Of a stretch of DNA of 64,000 nt, positions 10,673 through 20,989 are shown piece after piece. The DNA lies in assembly GCA_963840185.1 (NCBI GenBank), contig CAWIXY010000001.1, positions 388,808-452,807 on the forward strand. The letters run 5' to 3'. The notes beneath the pieces are model-generated. The model was not told the DNA's origin. It saw nothing but the letters and a program-made list of their open reading frames with translations, and made no database searches. This stretch comes from an uncultured Actinomycetes bacterium (lineage in GTDB: Bacteria > Actinomycetota > Thermoleophilia > Solirubrobacterales > Solirubrobacteraceae). Both the position numbers and the translations under genes were made by a program. The first letter of the stretch is position 1; the number at the start of each line of letters is the position of its first letter.

Positions 10673-11308
10673 TCAGGCGCGGTCGTTGAGGCGCTCGACG
10701 CCGTCGAGCAGCTCCCAGTTCGCGCGCAGGACGCCCTCGGCCTCGGCGAGCAGCGCGTCGGCGTCGGCCCCGTCGAGGCGGGGCTCGATCAGCGCGCGCT
10801 CGGCGGCCGCGTGCTCGACGTCGAGCTCGGCGTGCAGGTCGAAGTAGGCGGTCGCCGGGCCGGCGGCGACGCCGTAGTGCTCGGCGAGCCCGGCCCGCTT
10901 GGTCTGCGCGATCGCCGGCTGGCCGGACTCGATCGCGTACAGCGCGACCAGCGAGGCCAGCAGCGGGCGCTCGCCGTCGCCGGCCCACGCTCGCGCGCAC
11001 GCCGCCGTCTCGGGAGCGGCCGGCGCGTCCGTGGCCCCGCCCATCGCGCGCGCGAAGTCGTCCCACAGCTCGACGTGCGAGGCCTCCTCGCCGGCGTGCA
11101 GCTCGAGCTCGGCGCGCAGCTCGGGCTCCGCCGCGCGCGCGGCGCCGGCGGCCGCGTCGGCGAGGGCGGTCACGGCGTGGCGGTACTGGCCCGCGTACAC
11201 CGCGAGCTCGTCGCGCGTCAGCTCGCCGGCCGACCAGCGCTGGTAGAAGGGGTGCTCGAGCACGTTCCAGCGCTCGCGGGTGGCCTCGAGGCGATCGAAG
11301 AAGGTCAT
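10673..11308 (-). CDS. TenA/PqqC-like (heme-oxygenase-like fold) iron-containing redox enzyme family protein
   Basis: Internal ATG at 11308. The sequence MTFFDRLEATRERWNVLEHPFYQRWSAGELTRDELAVYAGQYRH...HAGEEASHVELWDDF...LYAIESGQPAI is typical of this helical family. Confidence 0.7.
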   Translation of the reverse strand: MTFFDRLEATRERWNVLEHPFYQRWSAGELTRDELAVYAGQYRHAVTALADAAAGAARAAEPELRAELELHAGEEASHVELWDDFARAMGGATDAPAAPETAACARAWAGDGERPLLASLVALYAIESGQPAIAQTKRAGLAEHYGVAAGPATAYFDLHAELDVEHAAAERALIEPRLDGADADALLAEAEGVLRANWELLDGVERLNDRA

Positions 11309-11340
11309 GGCCGCGATGCTACCGTCCGCGCTCCCTCGCA

Positions 11341-12085
11341 ATGCGGCCCCCGGTCGACAGCATCCCGGCGCCGCCCTTCCCGCGCGACCTCGCATGGGTC
11401 AACGTCGCGCCCCTGCGCATGGACAAGCAGCGCGGGCGCCCGGTCCTCGTCGAGTTCTGGGACTTCTGCCGGCCCAGCTCGCTGCGCACGCTGCCCTACG
11501 TCGCCGCCTGGCACGAGCGCTACGCGTCCGCCGGGCTGCGCGTGATCGGCGTGCACTCGCCGGGCTTCCCGCCGTCCTTCGACGAGGACGCCGTCCGCGC
11601 GGCCGTCGCGCGCCTGGGGATCGAGCACCCGGTGTGCCTGGACTCGCGCCTTGAGGTGTGGAACTGGTACCGCAACCTCGGCTGGCCCGCCCGCTACCTG
11701 TGGAACGGCGAGGGGCACCTCGACTACTACCACTACGGCGAGGGGGCCTACGCCGAGACGGAGCTCGCCGTGCAGGAGCTCCTCGGGCGTGGAGCGCGAG
11801 CCGCTCGCGCCCGTGCGCCCGGAGGACGACCCGGACGCCCGCATCGTCGTGCAGACCGAGGACCAGCCCGGTGCGTACAGCGGGCCCTACGAGGCCGGTG
11901 CGGTGTGGGCGGTGCTCGAGGGCGAGGGCGAGATCGTCGTCGACGGCGCGCCGGTCACGGTCCGCGGTCCCGGCGCGCACCTGGTCGTCGAGCACCCCCA
12001 CAGCGTCGCCGCCGTGCTCGACCTGCGCGTCGGCGAGGGCGTGACCTGCCACGCGACGTGCTTCTCGCCGGGGGTTGCGCCCTAG
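11341..12085 (+). pseudogene. Thioredoxin-like protein with a DipZ C-terminal-type domain, 1 frame break
   Basis: The sequence is VLVEFWDFCRPSSLRTLPYVAAWHERYASAGLRVIGVHSPGFPPSF...AVQELLG, then VEREPLAPVRPEDDPDARIVVQTE...HATCFSPGVAP*. The frame changes from f1 to f2 near 11788. The redox motif is CxxS rather than CxxC. Confidence 0.7.
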
Positions 12086-12183
12086 CGTTGCGGCCCCGGA
12101 TGGCAGCTGTCCTGCCCAGTGGTTGCTATGCGCCCCCTGGTCAGGACGGTCGGACCGAGCCACGCGTGGCGGCCCCTGCTCCC

Positions 12184-13119
12184 TCACCTGCCGCCGTTTG
12201 ATCCCGCCGCCGGCCACTCGAGCTGCTCCGCCCGCGGCATGCCCGTCCGCGCGCCGCGCGCGCCGACCGCGTGCCCGGCGGCCGTCATCGCGTACCCGAC
12301 CGCGTCGAGCGTCGCCTCGCCACGCGCCAGCGCGACGGCCAGCGCGCCGTTGAACGCGTCGCCCGCGCCGGTCGTGTCGACCACGGCGGGTGCGGCGACC
12401 GCCGGCAGGCGGACCGTCTGCGCTCCCGGCGCGGCGACGACCACCCCGTCGCCGCCGAGCGTCAGCGCCACCGGCGCGCCGGTCGCGCCGCTGAGCGTCT
12501 CGGCGGCGCGGACCGGATCGTCGGTGCCGGCCAGGGCGGCCGCCTCGCCGGCGTTGGGGGTCAGCAGGGGCTTCAGCGCAGCGACGCCGTCGAGCAGGCC
12601 GTCGAGCACGGGGGCCGGATTCAGGACGACGGGCACGCCGGCCGCGCTGCACAGCTCGGCGGCCCGCAGCACGCCGTCCAGCGGGATCTCGCAGCCCAGC
12701 AGCGCCAGGTCCGCGCCTGTCAGCGCACGCGCAGCGTGCTGGCCGACCATCTGCGCGCCGACCGCCCGGTTGGCGCCCGGTGCGACGGTGATCTGGTTCT
12801 CCCCGCCGGCGTCGACCACGATCAGCGCCGCGCCGGTCGGCGCGCCGTCGTCATGCGCGACCTCGCGCGTGTCGACGCCCTCCGCGTCCAGCTCGGCGAG
12901 CGCCGCGGCACCGAGGTCGTCGCGGCCGACCGCGGCCACGAGCCGCACCTCGGCGCCCAGGCGCGCGGCGGCCACCGCGGCGTTGGCGCCCTTCCCGCCG
13001 CCGTGTCGCTCGAGGTCGGAGCCAAGGACGGTCTCCCCCGGCCGCGGCAGCCGCGGGGCGCGCACCACCAGGTCGACGTTGACCGACCCGACGACGACGA
13101 CGACGGGCCGGCCGGCCAT
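12184..13119 (-). CDS. rbsK: Ribokinase
   Basis: ATG at 13119, in frame with the long track ORF. Motifs are VVVVGSVNVDLV, GGKGANAAVAAARLG and the anion hole DTTGAGDAFNGAL. The start overlaps the upstream stop as ATGA. Confidence 0.85.
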   Translation of the reverse strand: MAGRPVVVVVGSVNVDLVVRAPRLPRPGETVLGSDLERHGGGKGANAAVAAARLGAEVRLVAAVGRDDLGAAALAELDAEGVDTREVAHDDGAPTGAALIVVDAGGENQITVAPGANRAVGAQMVGQHAARALTGADLALLGCEIPLDGVLRAAELCSAAGVPVVLNPAPVLDGLLDGVAALKPLLTPNAGEAAALAGTDDPVRAAETLSGATGAPVALTLGGDGVVVAAPGAQTVRLPAVAAPAVVDTTGAGDAFNGALAVALARGEATLDAVGYAMTAAGHAVGARGARTGMPRAEQLEWPAAGSNGGR

Positions 13120-14195
13120 CAGGGCCGCAGCCGCTCGCGCGGCACGCCGTCGAGCAGGCGCACGTGGCGCGGCGGACCGCCGTCGGTGAGCTCCACCGCG
13201 CCGCCCGGCCAGTACGGGCCGCCCCACGTGCGCCCGAGGTACATCTCCTCGAACACCCAGGAGCCGCTGTTGAGCACGCCGGACCACTCGCCCGGGTCGT
13301 CGGCCGGCAGCGGGCCGGCGCGGTGGGTGTGGCCGAAGATGACGTGGCGGGCGCCGATGCCCAGGTGGGCGACGACCTCGCGCAGCGCGCGCAGGCCCGC
13401 GCGGCGCAGCTCCTCGCCCGACAGGTCGGCCCGCACGGGGCCGATGCCCGCGGCGTTGAGCGCGCCGATGCCCAGCGGGAAGGCGCCCGCCATCAGCCGC
13501 GCGCGCCAGGGCCGCCGGCCGTCGCTGGACAGCGCGCGCCACGCGCGCGCCGAGGCGCTGGTCGGCACCGAGGAGCCACCGTTCGTGCCCCGGGCCGCGA
13601 GCGCGTCGAGCCCCGCGTACAGCGGCGCCAGCACGAGCTCGTAGTCGTCGGGCGTGGCCGCCTGGCCGGGCGGGGTGCCCAGCGCCCGGGCGATCGCGCC
13701 CGCGGCGAGCCGCTCGAAGCTCGGCACCGTGACGTGGCGATCGAGGTAGTGGCCATGGGTCGCGTAGACACCGTCGGCCAGCCACAGTCCTGGGTAGGCG
13801 ACCGTCAGCGAGGCCGGCGCCAGGATCCGGGCCAGGCGCTCGGTGTGGACCGTCGCGTCGGGACCGGCGCGCTCGTCGACGCCCAGGGGCGGCGGCGGGC
13901 CATCGTGGCCGCGGGCCTCGAGCCATGGCGCGACGAGGCGATGGTCGTGATTGCCGGCGACGAGGACGACCTCCGCGTCGCCGAGCCGCTCGCCGATGGC
14001 GCTGAGCACCGGCTCGGCGGCGGCCATCGCGTCGCGCAGGGGACCGTGGCGCAGCTCGAGCACGTCGCCGAGCAGCACGAGGCGATCGACGCCCTCGACG
14101 CGCTGGAGCAGCGCGTCCAGGGCAACCGGCCGGCGCAGCACGTCGACCCGGCTGCGCGAGCCGAGATGCAGGTCGGAGACCACGAGGGTGCGCAC
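13119..14195 (-). CDS. Metallophosphoesterase family protein
   Basis: Motifs are VVSDLHLG, LLGDVLE, AGNHDH, THGHYLD and FGHTHR. I prefer the GTG start at 14195. The alternative ATG at 14222 would overlap the divergent CoA-transferase start. Confidence 0.8.
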   Translation of the reverse strand: MRTLVVSDLHLGSRSRVDVLRRPVALDALLQRVEGVDRLVLLGDVLELRHGPLRDAMAAAEPVLSAIGERLGDAEVVLVAGNHDHRLVAPWLEARGHDGPPPPLGVDERAGPDATVHTERLARILAPASLTVAYPGLWLADGVYATHGHYLDRHVTVPSFERLAAGAIARALGTPPGQAATPDDYELVLAPLYAGLDALAARGTNGGSSVPTSASARAWRALSSDGRRPWRARLMAGAFPLGIGALNAAGIGPVRADLSGEELRRAGLRALREVVAHLGIGARHVIFGHTHRAGPLPADDPGEWSGVLNSGSWVFEEMYLGRTWGGPYWPGGAVELTDGGPPRHVRLLDGVPRERLRP

Positions 14196-14220
14196 GGAGA
14201 CGGACGGTAGCCTGCCGCCC

Positions 14221-15381
14221 ATGCCGCCCGGCGCCCTCGACGGCCTGCTCGTGGCCGATCTCTCGCGGGTGCTGGCCGGCCCGCTGTGCACGATGACGCT
14301 CGGCGACCTCGGCGCCGACGTCGTGAAGGTCGAGCGCCCCGACGGCGGCGACGACACGCGCGCCTGGGGGCCTCCGTTCACGCCGGAGGGCTCGGCCTAC
14401 TACCTGGGGCTCAACCGCAACAAGCGCTCGCTGACGCTCGACCTCAAGGCCCCGGCGGACCTCGCGCTCGCCCGGCGCCTGTGTGCGCGCGCGGACGTCG
14501 TCGTCGAGTCCTTCCGGCCGGGGACGGCCGACCGCCTGGGGCTCGGCTATGACGAGATCAGCCGGGGCAACCCGGGCGTGGTCTTCTGCTCGATCAGCGC
14601 CTTCGGCTCGAGCGAGCGGGCCGCCGCCCTTCCCGGCTACGACCTGCTGCTGCAGGCCATGGGCGGCCTCATGTCGGTCACCGGCGAGGCGGGCGACGAG
14701 GGGCGGCCCCTGAAGGTGGGCGCCGCGCTGATCGACATGGTCTGCGGCCTCTACGCGACCACCGCCATCGTCGCCGCCCTGCGGGCGCGCGAGGGCAGCG
14801 GTCGCGGCCAGCGCGTCGAGGTGTCGCTGATGGACAGCGCGCTGGCCGGCCTGCTCAACCAGGGATCGGCGTACCTGCTGGCGGGCGTCGTCGCGGGCCG
14901 GCTCGGCAACCGCCATCCGAGCATCGCGCCCTACGAGACGTTCCGCGCCGCCGACCGCGAGCTGGCCGTCGCCGTGGGCAACGACGCCCTGTTCGCCCGC
15001 CTGTGCACGGCGCTCGGCCGCCCCGAGCTGGCGGGCGACGAGCGCTTCGCCACCAACGAGCGGCGCCTGGCCCACCGCGACGAGCTGGGCGCGGCGCTGG
15101 AGGCGGCCCTCGCGGCCGCGCCGGCCGTCGACTGGGTGGCGCGGCTGCGCGAGGCGGGTGTCCCTGCGGGTGAGATCAACGACGTGGCCCAGGCGTTCGC
15201 CCTGGCTGAGGAGCTCGGCCTGGAGCCCGTCGACGAGACCGCGGGGGTGCGCACCGTGCGCTCACCGATGCGCCTGGCCGGCACGCCGGCCACCGTGCGA
15301 ACCCGCCCGCCGCGACTGGGCGAGCACGACGCCGAGCTGCGGGCGTGGCTTGCGGCGGACGACGCATCCTCCGACCGGTGA
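14221..15381 (+). CDS. CaiB/BaiF family III CoA-transferase
   Basis: ATG at 14221. The family signatures LLVADLSRVLAGPLCTMTLGDLGADVVKVERP, YYLGLNRNKRS and VESFRPG are present. The ORF is intact. Confidence 0.9.
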   Translation: MPPGALDGLLVADLSRVLAGPLCTMTLGDLGADVVKVERPDGGDDTRAWGPPFTPEGSAYYLGLNRNKRSLTLDLKAPADLALARRLCARADVVVESFRPGTADRLGLGYDEISRGNPGVVFCSISAFGSSERAAALPGYDLLLQAMGGLMSVTGEAGDEGRPLKVGAALIDMVCGLYATTAIVAALRAREGSGRGQRVEVSLMDSALAGLLNQGSAYLLAGVVAGRLGNRHPSIAPYETFRAADRELAVAVGNDALFARLCTALGRPELAGDERFATNERRLAHRDELGAALEAALAAAPAVDWVARLREAGVPAGEINDVAQAFALAEELGLEPVDETAGVRTVRSPMRLAGTPATVRTRPPRLGEHDAELRAWLAADDASSDR

Positions 15382-15476
15382 GCGAGGCGCTCGTGAACGG
15401 CGGCTGGTGAGCAACAGGGTCAGCTACCTACCCCGTCGAGCCGGCACAAGGGGACCTCGAGCGGAGCGCCGGAAGC

Positions 15477-16634
15477 TCAGCGAACGCGCAGCCACGCCCG
15501 CCCCGGGCGCAGCTGCTGCTTGGTCGCCTGGACCTGGACCCGGCCGCGCGGCTGGGCGCCGACGGTGAGCGCCGCGATCCCGTTCGTGCCGGTGATGCCC
15601 GTGCCGCCGCCGCCGGCCACCGTCGCGTTGGCGACAGGCCGGCGCCGGCCGGCGAACCGCATCGTCACCTTCGCCGCGACGGTCGTCCTGACGCCCGCCG
15701 CGATGCGCTTGGGGTACATCCGCACGCGCAGCTTGGCGCTGGCCTCCGGGACGAACGACACGAGCGCGCTGCGCCCGCCGCCGTAGGTCGGCGGACGCCC
15801 GCCGGGACCGAAGGGAGAGATGAGCCAGTGCAGGACCCCCGACCCGTCGGCGATGACGTCGACCCCCTCGGCCTCGCCGTTGATCGGCAGCTCCAGCTCC
15901 AGGCGCGACGGCGACCCGCCGTCGACGTCGACCGACCACACCTGCAGCGGGTTCAGCCCGTTCTGGCCCGGGATGAGCAGGCGTCCGCGGTGGAAGGCGC
16001 CACCGGTGACGCCGCTGGGCGGCACGCCGCCGGCGATGCGCCGCACGGGGCGGATCGCCGTGCCCGTGGTCGCGTTCTGCGTGGAGATGTCCGCCGTGCG
16101 GTAGGCGAGCAGGTCTGCGCGGGAGGACGTCCACCACAGCGCGCCGTCGGGCGAGACCTCGCCCCACATCGCCTTGGGGATGTCGGCCGGGTCGAGCCGG
16201 ACCAGGTGGCGGAAGGCCAGCGTCGCGGGGTCGGCGATGCCGATGGCGCCGCGCCCGCAGGTGTTGCCGCCGTTGGGCCCGCCGGGCACGTAGCACTCCA
16301 GCGGCAGCAGGACGCGGCCGCCCTCGCCTGCGTCCCACGTGATGTCGCCCACGTGGTTGAACCCCTGGGCGGCCACCGCCGGCGGCAGCACAGGCGTGCG
16401 GCGGGCCTGCTCGGACAGCCCGAGGTCGGTGCGGTAGAGCCCGTCGAAGAGCCCGGAGAAGAAGCGCGAGCCGTCGGGCGCGTGCGTCAGGCCCTGGAAG
16501 TACTCGAGCGGGACCGCGCGGACGTCGCTCAGGCGCCAGCGACCCGGGTCGGCGGCCGAGGCGGAGGCGACCGGAAGCGCGACGGCGGCGCCGACGGCGA
16601 GGGCGCACCGCAGGGCGCGCCCGCGCGTGATCAC
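15477..16634 (-). CDS. Secreted hypothetical protein (beta-rich, with a C-terminal Ig-like region)
   Basis: Intact 385-aa ORF with a signal peptide ([14 protein letters not shown]). Its GTG start overlaps the ispH stop as GTGA. It carries no motif I recognise. Confidence 0.7.
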   Translation of the reverse strand: MITRGRALRCALAVGAAVALPVASASAADPGRWRLSDVRAVPLEYFQGLTHAPDGSRFFSGLFDGLYRTDLGLSEQARRTPVLPPAVAAQGFNHVGDITWDAGEGGRVLLPLECYVPGGPNGGNTCGRGAIGIADPATLAFRHLVRLDPADIPKAMWGEVSPDGALWWTSSRADLLAYRTADISTQNATTGTAIRPVRRIAGGVPPSGVTGGAFHRGRLLIPGQNGLNPLQVWSVDVDGGSPSRLELELPINGEAEGVDVIADGSGVLHWLISPFGPGGRPPTYGGGRSALVSFVPEASAKLRVRMYPKRIAAGVRTTVAAKVTMRFAGRRRPVANATVAGGGGTGITGTNGIAALTVGAQPRGRVQVQATKQQLRPGRAWLRVR

Positions 16635-17596
16635 GCCTGCGCGGCGACGGCCTGCCGGATGACCTTGGGGAGCATGAACCGCACGTCCTCCTTCACGACC
16701 TCGAACTCTGCCACGTCGGCCGTGCCGCGTGTGCGGAAGAAATCCACCACGCGCTGGACGAGCTCCTCGGGCGCGCTGGCGCCGGAGCTGATGCCCACGG
16801 TGCGCACGCCCTCCAGCCAGTCGTCCTGGATCTGCGCCGCGTTGTCGATCAGGTACGACGCGGCGCCGTGCTCGCGGGCGACCTCGACCAGGCGGTTGGA
16901 GTTCGACGAGTTGCGCGAGCCGATGACCAGCACGAGCTCGCAGTGGGGCGCCATCTGCTTGACCGCCGCCTGGCGGTTGGTGGTCGCGTAGCAGATGTCG
17001 TCGGTGCGCGGCCCGGTGATGGCGGGGAAGCGCTCGCGCAGGCGGTTGATGATCGCGCGGGTCTCGTCGACCGACAGCGTCGTCTGCGAGATGTAGGCGA
17101 GCTTCTCGGGATCGGGCACCTCGAGGCGGTCGACGTCCGCCTCGGTCTCGACGAGCACGATCGCCTCGGGCGCCTCGCCCATCGTCCCCTCGACCTCCTC
17201 ATGGCCGCCGTGCCCGATGAGCACGATGGTGTAGCCGTCGGCGGCGAACTTGAGGGCCTCGCGGTGCACCTTGGTGACCAGCGGGCAGGTCGCGTCGATC
17301 GTCTGCAGGCCGCGGCGCTCTGCCTCGGCGTGCACCGCCGGCGAGACGCCGTGGGCGGAGAACACGGTGACGGCGCCCTCGGGGATCGTGTCGTCCAGCT
17401 CCTCGACGAAGATCGCGCCACGCTCGCGCAGCTGCTCCACGACGTGCTTGTTGTGCACGATCTCCTTGCGCACGTAGACCGGCGCGCCGTAGAGCGTCAG
17501 GGCGCGCTCGACGGTCTGCACCGCGCGGTCGACGCCGGCGCAGTACCCGCGCGGGGCGGCGAGGAGCAGCTTCTCGGGGGCGGCCATGCCCCCCAT
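16631..17596 (-). CDS. ispH: 4-hydroxy-3-methylbut-2-enyl diphosphate reductase
   Basis: (MGG)[23 protein letters not shown]...TCPLVTKVH...[10 protein letters not shown]...ICYATTNRQ...SSNSNRL. All three cluster cysteines are present. The start is either 17596 or 17587. Confidence 0.92.
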   Translation of the reverse strand: MGGMAAPEKLLLAAPRGYCAGVDRAVQTVERALTLYGAPVYVRKEIVHNKHVVEQLRERGAIFVEELDDTIPEGAVTVFSAHGVSPAVHAEAERRGLQTIDATCPLVTKVHREALKFAADGYTIVLIGHGGHEEVEGTMGEAPEAIVLVETEADVDRLEVPDPEKLAYISQTTLSVDETRAIINRLRERFPAITGPRTDDICYATTNRQAAVKQMAPHCELVLVIGSRNSSNSNRLVEVAREHGAASYLIDNAAQIQDDWLEGVRTVGISSGASAPEELVQRVVDFFRTRGTADVAEFEVVKEDVRFMLPKVIRQAVAAQA

Positions 17597-17619
17597 GGTA
17601 CGACCCGCCACCCACCCGC

Positions 17620-18519
17620 TCAGGGGCGGCGCAGCTCGCGCACGAGCTCGAGCACGGTCTTCCCCACGGCGTCGAGGCTGTCCGGCGAGATCTGGTCCAG
17701 GCGGTCGCGCAGCGTGTTCTTGGCGCCGTAGTCCCAGTCGATCAGGTCGATCGCGCGCACGCCGGCGCGCAGGAACGGCCAGTGGTCGTCGGTGATCGAT
17801 CTCCCCGTCCCCGCGGGGAAGACCGCGCTCGTCCCCACGCGCTGCGACGCCGCGCGCAGCCGGTCCCACAGCGCCCGCGTCGACGTCCCCTCGCGCGGCA
17901 GGCGCACGCCGTCGTTGGCGATGTAGTCCAGGAGGATCATGTCGCCGATCTCGCGCGCGTGGGCGCGCGCGTAGGCCTTGGAGCCGCGCAGGGCGTCGGC
18001 CTCGAAGTTGGCGGAGCCCGTCTTGTCCACGGGCAGCTCCTCCCCGTCGAACAGCACGAAGCGCACCTCGCGGCCACCGGCGACGCGCGGGTCGGCGCGC
18101 AGGACCCGGGCCAGCTCGACGACGGCCGCGGTGCCCGCGGCGCCGTCGTTGGCGCCGACGAACCCGCGCGGGACCGGTTGCGTGTCGTAGTGGGCGGCCA
18201 CGAGGACCGCCGGCTGCCGGCCGCGCAAGACGCCGACGACGTTGCGCAGGCCCGGATGGCCGCGCACCGCTTCGAAGCGCCCGTTCGGCAGGCGGTCGCG
18301 CAGGCGCACCGCGAGACGCCGCAGGGCGCGGGAGCCCGCCGGCCGCGGGCCGACGCGCACCTGCGCGCGCAGCAGCGTCATGGCCCGCTCCGCGTCGAAG
18401 TCGTCCCCCGCGCGCGCGGCGGGCGCCGCCTCGCCGTCGCCCCCGCCGCACGAGCCGGCCGCGACGAGCAGCAGGGCGCCGACGACCAGCGTCACGACGA
18501 CACGCGCGGGCACGGGCAC
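17620..18519 (-). CDS. M28 family metallopeptidase (lipoprotein-type signal)
   Basis: Intact 299 aa. It has a lipobox-like LVAAGSCGG and the M28 metal-ligand blocks [14 protein letters not shown] and FVLFDGEE. Confidence 0.85.
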   Translation of the reverse strand: MPVPARVVVTLVVGALLLVAAGSCGGGDGEAAPAARAGDDFDAERAMTLLRAQVRVGPRPAGSRALRRLAVRLRDRLPNGRFEAVRGHPGLRNVVGVLRGRQPAVLVAAHYDTQPVPRGFVGANDGAAGTAAVVELARVLRADPRVAGGREVRFVLFDGEELPVDKTGSANFEADALRGSKAYARAHAREIGDMILLDYIANDGVRLPREGTSTRALWDRLRAASQRVGTSAVFPAGTGRSITDDHWPFLRAGVRAIDLIDWDYGAKNTLRDRLDQISPDSLDAVGKTVLELVRELRRP

Positions 18520-18528
18520 GCCGGGCTC

Positions 18529-19830
18529 TCAGTCGTTGGCCGTGACGGCGTCGAGCAGGCCTGCGAAGCGCCGCCGTGCCTCCTCGCGCCGCGTCGGGAC
18601 GTGCTCGCTCGGAACACCGCCGGGCGGAGGCGCGTAGTCGCGCAGGATGCGCCGGGCGACGGACTGGCGATGCACCTCGTCGGGACCGTCGTAGAAGCGC
18701 GCGCCCCGCGCGAAGCGGTACATCTGCTCGAGCGGGAGGTCGGTCGAGTAGCCCAGCGAGCCGTGCACCTGCAGCGCGCGGTCCACGACGTCGTGCAGCA
18801 CGCCCGCGCCGAAGACCTTGATCATCGAGATGTCCGTGCGCGCCGCGCCCGCGCCGTGCGTGTCCATCTTCCAGGCGGCGTGCAGCGTCATCAGGCGCGC
18901 GGCCTGCATCTGGGCGGCGGAGTCGGCCACCCAGTTCTGCACCGTCTGCTTGTCGGCCAGCGGCCCGCCGTGGGCCACGCGCGAGACCGCCCGCTCGCAG
19001 AGCATGTCGAACGCGCGCGCGGACACGCCCAGCCAGCGCATGCAGTGGTGGATGCGCCCCGGCCCGAGGCGGTGCTGGGCGATGAGGAAGCCCTCGCCCT
19101 CGCCGCCGAGGCGGTTCTCGACCGGCACGCGCACGCCCTCGTAGCGGATCTCGGCATGCCCGCCGAGCTTGCCGAACTCCTCGGCTGGGTGCTCCATGGT
19201 CGCCACGTCGCGCAGGATCCGCACCCCGGGCGTGTCCGCCGGGACGATGAGCATCGACGCCCGCTGGTGGGGGCGCGCGTCGGGGTCGGTGACGGCCATG
19301 ACGATCAGGAAGTCCGCGATCGAGCCGTTGGACGAGAACCACTTGTGGCCGTCGATCACGTACTCGTCGCCCTCGCGGACGGCCCGCGTGCGCAGCAGCG
19401 TGGGGTCCGAGCCCGCGGTGTCGGGCTCGGTCATCGAGAACGCGGAGCGCAGGTCGCCGGCCAGCAGCGGGTGCAGCCAGCGCTCCTTCTGCTCGGGCGT
19501 GCCGGCGAGCGCGAGGATCTCGCTGTTGCCCGAGTCGGGCGCCTGGTTGCCGAAGGCGTTGGGCGCGAACGGCGAGGTCCCGAGGATCTCGTGCATCAGG
19601 CCGAGCTTGACCTGGCCGAAGCCCTGCCCGCCCAGCTCGGGCGGGAGGTGCGCCGCCCACAGCCCGCGCGCCCGGACCTCGGCCTGCAACGGCGCGTAGA
19701 TACGATCGAGGTCGTCCTGGGAGAGCTCGCCGACGAGCGTCTCGAGCGGCCAGATCTCCTCGCGCACGAAGGCGCGCATCCAGTCGAGCTTGGCCTGGAA
19801 CTCCGGTTCTGTCGAGAACTCCCATGCCAT
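18529..19830 (-). CDS. Acyl-CoA dehydrogenase family protein
   Basis: Intact 433 aa. Typical ACAD blocks are present ([44 protein letters not shown]). Confidence 0.9.
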   Translation of the reverse strand: MAWEFSTEPEFQAKLDWMRAFVREEIWPLETLVGELSQDDLDRIYAPLQAEVRARGLWAAHLPPELGGQGFGQVKLGLMHEILGTSPFAPNAFGNQAPDSGNSEILALAGTPEQKERWLHPLLAGDLRSAFSMTEPDTAGSDPTLLRTRAVREGDEYVIDGHKWFSSNGSIADFLIVMAVTDPDARPHQRASMLIVPADTPGVRILRDVATMEHPAEEFGKLGGHAEIRYEGVRVPVENRLGGEGEGFLIAQHRLGPGRIHHCMRWLGVSARAFDMLCERAVSRVAHGGPLADKQTVQNWVADSAAQMQAARLMTLHAAWKMDTHGAGAARTDISMIKVFGAGVLHDVVDRALQVHGSLGYSTDLPLEQMYRFARGARFYDGPDEVHRQSVARRILRDYAPPPGGVPSEHVPTRREEARRRFAGLLDAVTAND

Positions 19831-19896
19831 CGCGCCTACCTCCGTGCGGTCGGGACACCCCGATTATCGCGCGTCCGCGCTGGGCAGCCCCCGGTG

Positions 19897-20952
19897 ATGC
19901 GCGTCATCGTCACCGGAGCAACCGGCAACGCCGGCAGCGCGCTCGTGCGCCGCCTGGCGGCCGAGCCGCGCGTCGACGAGATCGTCGGCATCGCCCGGCG
20001 CCTGCCGGCATGGAGCATCGAGAAGACCTCGTGGCGGGTGGCCGACATCAGCCGCGACCGGCTCGAGCCGCTGCTCGACGGCGCCGACGCCGTCGTCCAC
20101 CTCGCCTGGCTGATCCAGCCCTCGCGCGACGAGGCGACGACCTGGGCCACCAACGTCGAGGGCAGCCGCCGCGTGTTCGCCGCCGTCGCCGCCGCGCGCG
20201 TGGGCGCGCTGATCTACGCCTCCTCCGTCGGCGCGTACGCGCCCGGCCCCAAGGATCGCCCGGTCGACGAGTCCCATCCGGTGACGGGCATCCCGGCGTC
20301 GTTCTACTCGCGCCACAAGGCGATCGTCGAAGCCGAGATCATGACCCTCCAGGACGCCCACCCCGAGCTGCGCGTCGCCTGGCTGCGTCCGGGCCTGATC
20401 TTCCAGCGCGACGCCGCCTCGGGCATCCGCCGCCTGTTCGCCGGCCCGCTGCTGCCCTCGCCGCTCGTGCGCCGCGGGCTGGTGCCCGTCGTCCCCCGTC
20501 ATCCGCGCCTGCGCGTCCAGGGCGTGCACGCCGACGACGTGGCCGACGCCTACCGCCGCGCGATCCTCGACGACACCGCGCGCGGGCCCTACAACGTCGC
20601 GGCCGAGCCGGTGCTCGACGGACCGACGCTGGCCCGCCTGCTCGGCGCGCGCACCGCGCCGGTCCCGGGCGCCGTGCTCCGCGGCGCGGCGGCGCTGACC
20701 TGGCGCGCCCGGCTGCAGCCGACCCCGCCGGGCTGGGTCGACCTGGCGCTCGGCGCGCCGATCATGGACTGCGGGCGGGCCCGGCGCGAGCTGGGCTGGA
20801 CGCCGGCGCGCAGCGCGACGGAGGCCTTCCTCGAGCTGTTCGACGGGATGCGCGACCGGGCGGGCCTGCCGACTCCGCCGCTCGACCCGTCGACCGGCGG
20901 TCCGGCGCGCGTGCGCGAGGTCCTCTCCGGGGTGGGCGGACAGAGCCGCTGA
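19897..20952 (+). CDS. NAD-dependent epimerase/dehydratase family protein
   Basis: ATG at 19897, in frame with the long track ORF. It has the Rossmann motif [10 protein letters not shown] and the catalytic YSRHK. The ORF is intact. Confidence 0.85.
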   Translation: MRVIVTGATGNAGSALVRRLAAEPRVDEIVGIARRLPAWSIEKTSWRVADISRDRLEPLLDGADAVVHLAWLIQPSRDEATTWATNVEGSRRVFAAVAAARVGALIYASSVGAYAPGPKDRPVDESHPVTGIPASFYSRHKAIVEAEIMTLQDAHPELRVAWLRPGLIFQRDAASGIRRLFAGPLLPSPLVRRGLVPVVPRHPRLRVQGVHADDVADAYRRAILDDTARGPYNVAAEPVLDGPTLARLLGARTAPVPGAVLRGAAALTWRARLQPTPPGWVDLALGAPIMDCGRARRELGWTPARSATEAFLELFDGMRDRAGLPTPPLDPSTGGPARVREVLSGVGGQSR

Positions 20953-20989
20953 CGGATAGTCTCGGGTCTCGCCTGCACAGGGAGAGACC

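Noticed and set aside
11309-11340. A TPP riboswitch upstream of the TenA-like gene.
   Set aside because: Only 32 nt separate the divergent start codons, which is too short for a THI element. No CTGAGA/ACCTGA core is present.
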